In this document: positions 58,247-64,000 of the stretch, in pieces | How positions within the stretch are numbered: the first letter of the stretch is position 1 | How the letters are laid out: the number at the start of each line of letters is the position of its first letter | NCBI GenBank assembly: GCA_964447405.1 | Contig: CAYUSP010000009.1 | Location: forward strand, 5,815-69,814 | Source of the DNA: an uncultured Nitrospiraceae bacterium | GTDB taxonomy: Bacteria > Nitrospirota > UBA9217 | Length of the DNA: 64,000 bases | Direction of reading: 5' to 3' | Made by a program: the position numbers and the translations under genes | Notes under the pieces: model-generated | Databases searched by the model: none | What the model saw: the letters and a program-made list of their open reading frames with translations, nothing else | What the model was told of the DNA's origin: nothing

Positions 58247-58777
58247 GGTCCTGTAGGGGAAATCATGAAGGTCCGGCCAATGCCTTGCCTGGTCAGGCCG
58301 GTACGGCAAAGCATATCATACCGTATGTGCGTGGAAAGTTCAAAAGAGAAATGGAAAAGATTAAAACCCGGAAAGAGCATTTTGGCCGCGGATAAGATCG
58401 GATGAACGCAGATACGTCAATGTACCACAATTCCATTCATCGCTTCATCTCTGGATTTCAGGAACTTTTTCTGCGCGCCAGGCCATGGGATGCAGGGGGA
58501 ACCGAAAAACCGATGGTTTTGAAACGATGTTTATTGCAAGCTTCCCCATGCGAATATTTAGCCTGGCAACCGAGTCCGAGGGTAAAGCACTTCGAACTGT
58601 CTGAGGCCGAAGGCCGAGTTTTCGAAATGAACTGAGGACGACCGAGCCTGGGGTAAAAAATATTCGCCGGGGTGCCCTTTTTGGGTCACCTTTTTGGGCA
58701 TGCAAAAAGGTGATAAAAACGATAGAGTACAGAATTCTTTTTTCTGCACCCCGGTTCACAGGTCCGCACAGGGCAAC

Positions 58778-59377
58778 CTAAGCGCCGAACCCTCCCTCGA
58801 AGATAAACTCTTCAGCCTTTTTGCGCGGAGACGGGAATTCGCGCTCCTGCACGGGAAGGGGTAAATCCTCTTTGTTCCCCGGCCTGCCAACCGCGATCAT
58901 GGCCTCGACGGTGTGGTCATCGGCAACATGGAGCGCCTCTTTTGCCAAATCGTAGTTGAAGCCCTGCATGCCATGTACCACCAGCCCCATAAGCGATCCC
59001 TGAAGAGCAATGCTGACCCATGCAGCGCCTGCGTCGTATGAATGGGTCCGAGCCGGCTTTCCATTGAAGTCAAAGGTGCTCTTCGAAACCACGACGATCA
59101 GCACACCGGCGTTCCTGCACCAGGCTTGATTACCCGGCACGAGGAGATTGAAGAACTTTTCCCAGTGCGGCGTATTCCTCATCGCGTAGAGAAACCGCCA
59201 GGGCTGGTTGTTCATGGACGAAGGCGCCCATCTCGCAGCTTCGAACAGCCGCATGAGATCCTCCCTGCGGATATCCTCCCCGGACATGGCGCGCGGGGAC
59301 CATCGGTTCACAAAGATCGGCGAGATCTCGTGGTCCGGATTGCGGTATGCATGGATGTCGATGTCTGTGGTTATCAT
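58778..59377 (-). CDS. nitroreductase family protein
   Basis: RWSPRAM...AARWAPSSMNNQPWRF motif, 199 aa. Confidence 0.85.
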   Translation of the reverse strand: MITTDIDIHAYRNPDHEISPIFVNRWSPRAMSGEDIRREDLMRLFEAARWAPSSMNNQPWRFLYAMRNTPHWEKFFNLLVPGNQAWCRNAGVLIVVVSKSTFDFNGKPARTHSYDAGAAWVSIALQGSLMGLVVHGMQGFNYDLAKEALHVADDHTVEAMIAVGRPGNKEDLPLPVQEREFPSPRKKAEEFIFEGGFGA

Positions 59378-59423
59378 TGCTTGCTATCCTTTTTTCCCTT
59401 CATCCCGAAAACGGCACTCGGCC

Positions 59424-59555
59424 GCGGATTTACGCAGATTATCGCTGATAAAACTAATTGCAAAAAATTCATGCCCTGATGGGTGAGTCTTTAACCTTTG
59501 CTATCGTTCATTTTTACCTGTCTTCATCTGTGTTCATCGGATCTTATCTGCGTCC
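59424..59555. repeat. composite copy of the GTGTTCATC repeat family
   Basis: GCGGATTTACGCAGATTATCGCTGATAAA ... CTGTCTTCATCTGTGTTCATCGGATCTTATCTGCGTCC. The CGCAGAT/ATCTGCG arms are inverted. Confidence 0.6.
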
Positions 59556-59587
59556 AAAAGCTCATTTCACAAGCCGGTCGACATGAC

Positions 59588-60025
59588 TTACGGAACCATG
59601 ATCGTGATATCCTGGATCGCACTTCCAACGACGAACACCTTGTTGTTATTGCTCTTGCTGTCAACCGGTGTCAGGAAGAATCCCTTCGCATTATGTCCAA
59701 GTTTGGACAGCGAAAAACCCTTGTCCCAGGGTATCTTGCCTTCGATAAATCCGACCAGCCCTTCATTATCACTGAACTTCACATAGACCTTGGTACCCCT
59801 GTTCTTGTCAAGGCCGAACACTTTCTTTTCATCATAAAAGCTGAACCCTTTAAAATTCTTCACAAAAAAAACGCCTTTTAATTCATCAATGGGGATCGCA
59901 TGCTCTCCCTTCGATCGGTGTTCGTAGAGCGCCAGCGTGTCGGCGTCTATCCTGAAGTCCTTAGCATACCCTTTTACCATCCTGCCGTCCCTGAAACGGG
60001 CAATGACCATATCCTTCGTTTCCAT
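59588..60025 (-). CDS. hypothetical protein with two related beta-rich modules
   Basis: ATG 60025 has AAGGAGG 6 nt upstream. The modules are VIARFRDGRMVKGYAKDF and VYVKFSDNEGLVGFIEG. No family recognised. Confidence 0.6.
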   Translation of the reverse strand: METKDMVIARFRDGRMVKGYAKDFRIDADTLALYEHRSKGEHAIPIDELKGVFFVKNFKGFSFYDEKKVFGLDKNRGTKVYVKFSDNEGLVGFIEGKIPWDKGFSLSKLGHNAKGFFLTPVDSKSNNNKVFVVGSAIQDITIMVP

Positions 60026-60230
60026 ACACACCTCCTTGGCCAATCCTTACTGGGAAAGGTAGCATACATTGCATTTTGTTTCAACTCCGGTTTTGGTTCT
60101 TGCCGACATTGCGAATTTGCCTCGAATACTGCGGAAGGAGAAATAAATCTTGAGTTTTACGGCATAAAAGACTAATATGGGAAACTCTTTTGATGGTGGT
60201 TGCCGATTTTTTACACAGGGAGATATCAGA

Positions 60231-61262
60231 ATGTCAAGAGCAGACAGGTTCTTAAAAGCATGCAGGCGTGAGCCCGTTGACTGCACGCCCGTATGGATGA
60301 TGCGCCAGGCAGGGCGGTATCTGCCCGAGTACCGCGAGATCAGGGCAAAGCACACCTTTCTGGAAATGTGCAAAACACCCGAGTTGGCAGCCGAGGTTAC
60401 CATTCAGCCGATTCGGCGCTATGAGATCGATGCTGCGATCATTTTTGCCGACATCCTGCTGCCCCTTGAACCAATGGGCATCGGACTGGAGTTTGCCAAA
60501 GGTGAAGGCCCGGTGATCCATAATCCGGTACGCACCGCAGCTGATGTGCAAAAGCTCAAACCCGTCGACTCAGCCAAACAGATCGATTACCTGATGAAGG
60601 CGATCAAAATCGTGCTCAAGGAACTGAACGGGAAAGTGCCCCTTATCGGATTCTCGGGCGCGCCATTCACGCTTGCCAGCTATATGATCGAAGGCGGCGG
60701 GTCCCGCAACTACGAGCATGCCAAGGCCATGATGTTCGCGGAACCCACAGCCTGGCACAAGCTCATGGAACACCTCACCGGCGTTATTATCAACTACCTG
60801 GACGCGCAGATCGATGCGGGCGTGCAGGTCGTCCAGCTCTTTGATTCCTGGGTTGGAGCTCTCGGGCCAAGCGATTACCGCGAATTTGTCCTGCCCCATC
60901 AGAAGAATGTGATTGCGGGCGTGAAAAAGACCGTGCCGCTCATCCATTTTGCCCACGGCGCAACCCACCTGCTGGAGATGGTGGCTGAAGCAGGCGGCAA
61001 TGTCATCGGCCTTGACTGGCGCTGCCATCTCGACGAAGCATGGAAGCGCGTGGGCCATGACAAGGCAGTGCAGGGGAATATCGATCCCATTTCGCTCTTT
61101 GGCTCCAAGGAGTTTATACGCAAGCGCACTAAAGAAATTCTCGACCGCGCTGCTGGCCGGAACGGCCATATCATGAACCTGGGCCACGGCATCTTGCAGC
61201 AGACGCCGCTCGACCACGCAGCGGAATTCATCAACGCAACACATGAATTGAGCAAAAGATAG
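60231..61262 (+). CDS. hemE: uroporphyrinogen decarboxylase
   Basis: The N-terminus PVWMMRQAGRYLPEY is typical of the family. ATG 60231 is preferred. Confidence 0.95.
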   Translation: MSRADRFLKACRREPVDCTPVWMMRQAGRYLPEYREIRAKHTFLEMCKTPELAAEVTIQPIRRYEIDAAIIFADILLPLEPMGIGLEFAKGEGPVIHNPVRTAADVQKLKPVDSAKQIDYLMKAIKIVLKELNGKVPLIGFSGAPFTLASYMIEGGGSRNYEHAKAMMFAEPTAWHKLMEHLTGVIINYLDAQIDAGVQVVQLFDSWVGALGPSDYREFVLPHQKNVIAGVKKTVPLIHFAHGATHLLEMVAEAGGNVIGLDWRCHLDEAWKRVGHDKAVQGNIDPISLFGSKEFIRKRTKEILDRAAGRNGHIMNLGHGILQQTPLDHAAEFINATHELSKR

Positions 61263-61365
61263 GGTCAAGGGTCATGTAGCGTGGGTCATGGAAAAACTAA
61301 ACCTTGAAACATGCTACATGCCCCTTACCACTTGTCTCTTGCTACTTGACCCTTTACCATGCCCC
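61261..61365. repeat. compound inverted repeat of the CATGCTAC / GGTCAAG word family
   Basis: AGGGTCAAGGGTCATGTAGCGTGGGTCATGG faces CATGCTACATGCCCCTTACCACTTGTCTCTTGCTACTTGACCC. Its right end overlaps the hemH start. Confidence 0.7.
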
Positions 61366-62252
61366 CTACCGCCGTCATACTCATCGCATTGGGTGGGCCC
61401 CGGTCCCTTGACGAGGTCGGACCCTTTATGGCCGCTTTCATGGGCCGGCCCGCTCCTCCCCCTGTGGTCGCCGCGATCATCGAACGCTATAAACTGATTG
61501 GCGGAAAATCCCCTCTTCCGGAGCTTGTCAAGGCACAGGCCGCAGCGCTTGAGAAAGAGCTGGGCATTGGCTATCGCGCCTATGAGGGTTTTCGTTATTC
61601 AAAGCCGACGGTTTCGGAATCATTCGAGCGTGCTCTTGCTGACGGGGCAAAGAGGGTTATCGCTCTTTCCATGTCCCCTTTTTCCACCGAGGTCACAACG
61701 GGCGCCTACCGCACTGCCTGCGAGGGACTGGGCAGCGGTAATACCTGCCCATTCTTTATCGCAAGCTGGCATGACAATCCTTTGTTCATTAGCACCTGGC
61801 AGGAGAAGGTTAAGCAGGGTCTGGAGCGATTTCCCCTTGCCCGACGAAAAGACACAGTTGTTATATTCACGAGCCATAGCATCCCAGTACGTTATATCAC
61901 TGCAGGGGATCCCTACCAGCGCCAGATCGAGGAAACCGTACAGCTTATCACTGCTGATCTCGATATAAGGCACTGGCGCGTCGCATGGCAAAGCAAGGGC
62001 GCCCGTGCAACCGAACCCTGGCTCGAGCCGGCAGTCGAGCAGACGCTCGACCATATCGCGCAGGATGGATACACGTCCGTACTTGAAGTCCCCGTTGGAT
62101 TCACCTGCGACCATATGGAAACGCTGTACGACATAGAGGTCGTGCACAGAGCGCATGCAAAAAAGCTCGGGATCGATTTCGAGCGTGCCGAGTCCCTGAA
62201 TACCGATCCGCTGTTCATCAAGGCGTTGGCGGATGTAGTAAAACATGCATAG
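61359..62252 (+). CDS. hemH: ferrochelatase (short soluble type; could be a coproporphyrin ferrochelatase)
   Basis: AVILIALGGP N-terminus, conserved SHSIP and a C-terminal acidic motif. Confidence 0.85.
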   Translation: MPPTAVILIALGGPRSLDEVGPFMAAFMGRPAPPPVVAAIIERYKLIGGKSPLPELVKAQAAALEKELGIGYRAYEGFRYSKPTVSESFERALADGAKRVIALSMSPFSTEVTTGAYRTACEGLGSGNTCPFFIASWHDNPLFISTWQEKVKQGLERFPLARRKDTVVIFTSHSIPVRYITAGDPYQRQIEETVQLITADLDIRHWRVAWQSKGARATEPWLEPAVEQTLDHIAQDGYTSVLEVPVGFTCDHMETLYDIEVVHRAHAKKLGIDFERAESLNTDPLFIKALADVVKHA

Positions 62253-62275
62253 TTCATCAATATGAGGTTTTTACC

Positions 62276-63700
62276 ATGCCAAAAGTCATTATCATAGGCG
62301 GCGGGATCGCCGGTCTCGCAGCAGCAGTCCATCTCAAGTCAGGGGCCAAGGCCTACGGCAAAACCATGGACGTTCTGCTGCTCGAAAAGAACAACCGTAT
62401 CGGCGGTAAGATTCTAACGGAGAAGCACGACAAGTATCTCGTCGAGGGCGGGCCTGACAGCTTTCTGCCGGAAAAGGTTTGGGCGCTGAACCTCGCGCGC
62501 CATCTTGGGCTGGAACCCGACATTCTACCCTCGAATGATGAGTTCAAGGGGACCTTTATCTATTCCAGGGGAGCGCTGCATTCACTGCCCGAGGGTGTGA
62601 TGCTCATGGTGCCCACATCGTTCTGGCCCATGGCAAAATCAAGCCTCATTTCCTGGCCGGGCAAGCTGCGCATGGGGATGGAAGTGCTTATCCCGAAACG
62701 CAAGATCCCGGGAGATGAGAGCCTTGCATCGTTCGTTACGCGCCGTCTTGGCAGGGAATGCCTCGAAAAGATCGCCGAGCCGCTCGTTGCGGGCATCCAC
62801 ACTTCCAACCCGGACAACATGAGCGTACTTTCCACATTTCCACGCTTCATTCAAATGGAGCAAAAGAGCGGCAGTCTGATCCGCGGTATGATCGCCTCCA
62901 TGAAAACCCGCACCCACGCCACGCACAATGGCCCTCCGCCAAAGACCGGCGCGCCAAAGTTGACATTCTTGATGAGTTTCAAGAACGGCATGCAGACGCT
63001 GTCCCAGGCTTGTGCCGACCATATAGGAAAAGACTCGATCCGCATGAATGCCGCGGTCAAGGCTGTTGCACCGAAAGGGAAAGGGTACTCGGTTGTTCTT
63101 GAAAGCGGCGAAACACTCGATGCGGATCATGTCATGATCGCGTCCGCATCCTATGAAACCTCAAACATGGTTAAGGGATTCGATGAGGCGCTCGCCGAAC
63201 GCCTGAACAAGATCGAATGGTCGTCATCGGGGACGGTTACGGTTGCATTCCGGAAGGAAGACATCAAAGTCCCGCTCAAAGGCTTCGGTTTCATCGTTCC
63301 ACGCGTCGAAGGCAGGAGGGTCAACGCGGCAACCTACAGTTCCACCAAGTGGTCCTTCCGCGCGCCGGATGACATGGTCCAGATTCGCGTCTTTGTCGGA
63401 GGAGGGCATCATGAAGAGCTGGTGCATGAACTTGATGACGCGGGTATGGTCAATACAATACTCGAGGAACTCGACACCATCCTCGGACTCAAGGCAAATC
63501 CACAATTTTCCAAGGTGTATCGCTGGCACAAGGGTATGCCGAAATACACCGTTGGCCACCTTGACCGCATCGCGCTGCTCGATCGGACGCTTGCAGCGCA
63601 TCCGGGATTGCACCTGATCGGATGTTCCTACAAGGGCATCGGGATCGGCGACTGCATTCATGAAGCGCAGATTGCGGCGGAAAAAATCTTGAAAAGCTGA
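62276..63700 (+). CDS. hemY: FAD-dependent protoporphyrinogen/coproporphyrinogen III oxidase (HemY/CgoX type)
   Basis: VIIIGGGIAGLAAA dinucleotide fold, 474 aa and a GIGIGDCI C-terminal motif. Confidence 0.85.
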   Translation: MPKVIIIGGGIAGLAAAVHLKSGAKAYGKTMDVLLLEKNNRIGGKILTEKHDKYLVEGGPDSFLPEKVWALNLARHLGLEPDILPSNDEFKGTFIYSRGALHSLPEGVMLMVPTSFWPMAKSSLISWPGKLRMGMEVLIPKRKIPGDESLASFVTRRLGRECLEKIAEPLVAGIHTSNPDNMSVLSTFPRFIQMEQKSGSLIRGMIASMKTRTHATHNGPPPKTGAPKLTFLMSFKNGMQTLSQACADHIGKDSIRMNAAVKAVAPKGKGYSVVLESGETLDADHVMIASASYETSNMVKGFDEALAERLNKIEWSSSGTVTVAFRKEDIKVPLKGFGFIVPRVEGRRVNAATYSSTKWSFRAPDDMVQIRVFVGGGHHEELVHELDDAGMVNTILEELDTILGLKANPQFSKVYRWHKGMPKYTVGHLDRIALLDRTLAAHPGLHLIGCSYKGIGIGDCIHEAQIAAEKILKS

Positions 63701-63754
63701 GCACCGGAGCAATTCTGCAGTTGCCTGCCGTCCTTCTTCAACAATACGCTTCAA

Positions 63755-64000
63755 TCACCTCGTTGGCAAATAATCCTCCCGCACCGGGGAAAATACTTCT
63801 ATCGCGACCGAGCTTTCCAATGCAGTTGCATGGTGTTCCCTATTCCCAGGGATGCACCAGCTGTCGCCCGGTCCAGCTTGGTGCGTCTCATCGCCGTTCG
63901 TCAGGTCGATGCGGCCGGATACAAGGTAGCCGGTCTGCTCATGGGGGTGTTTGTGGCGCGGCAGCATCGCACCTTTTTCCAGCCTGAATTCGGCCATAAG
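63755..64000 (-). CDS. cupin-domain protein (N-terminus probably beyond the window edge)
   Basis: The cupin motifs are [14 protein letters not shown] and [12 protein letters not shown]. The ORF is open to the window end. Confidence 0.7.
   Translation of the reverse strand, partial: LMAEFRLEKGAMLPRHKHPHEQTGYLVSGRIDLTNGDETHQAGPGDSWCIPGNREHHATALESSVAIEVFSPVREDYLPTR

Noticed and set aside
58445-58759. 104-aa minus-strand ORF in the nitroreductase / sigma-54-activator spacer.
   Set aside because: It has low-complexity, basic translation across a hairpin or repeat element and no RBS. I treated the region as non-coding.
1-64000. CRISPR arrays, tRNA and rRNA genes, transposases and integrases.
   Set aside because: Reading both strands, I found no regularly spaced direct repeats, no tRNA-like T-arm/acceptor pairs and no recombinase-like ORFs. 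A tRNAscan or Infernal run would be the decisive check.

Overview
This is a bacterial chromosomal window that is densely coding and GC-rich by eye. Gene content suggests an anaerobic Desulfobacterota/Syntrophales-like organism: type-B sdhCAB, GTP-PEPCK, HD-GYP plus hemerythrin, sigma-54 regulators, many Fe-S and radical-SAM proteins. That lineage call is inference only.

Gene order:
- 0-5.4 kb: fumC (partial), sdhC-A-B, an orphan PstS-like binding protein.
- 5.5-9.7 kb: a Tim44-like membrane protein and a large hybrid PAS histidine kinase.
- 9.9-15.3 kb: livKHMGF-type ABC transporter and a CBS/ACT protein.
- 15.9-22.6 kb (minus strand): pckG, a secreted repeat protein, a MinD-like ATPase, an HD-GYP protein, hemerythrin and a PLC-like protein.
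- 22.7-30.3 kb: FmdB zinc ribbon, tal, a GlcF-like protein, an L,D-transpeptidase, TRASH and TPR proteins, purH, a DAG-kinase-like protein and a coiled-coil protein.
- 30.4-38.9 kb: a Bacillus-like housekeeping operon of SMC-like ATPase, tmk, holB, PSP1, metG and a TatD::radical-SAM fusion.
- 39-43 kb: a TrpE/PabB-family gene, an ORF-free ~0.4 kb stretch that looks like a structured RNA gene, and a B12 radical-SAM gene.
- 43-46 kb: small housekeeping and stress genes.
- 46-55.9 kb: an accessory region, described below.
- 55.9-64 kb: a DUF4395-like protein, a PAS/sigma-54 activator, a nitroreductase, hemE-hemH-hemY and a partial cupin.

The accessory region is the most interesting part. It holds a SEC-C/VapBC module bracketed by ~135-bp direct repeats. 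Next to it is an AT-richer ~4.5 kb island bracketed by 20-nt inverted repeats. The island carries four small secreted-protein genes and a GmrSD-like (DUF262/DUF1524) plus AlbA_2/Schlafen-like gene pair. HigBA-like and decayed killer/antidote TA loci follow.

No rRNA, tRNA or CRISPR array was recognised by eye. Several families of compound inverted repeats occupy intergenic gaps, some inside operons. All coordinates for non-ORF features were derived by hand and may be off by 1-2 nt.
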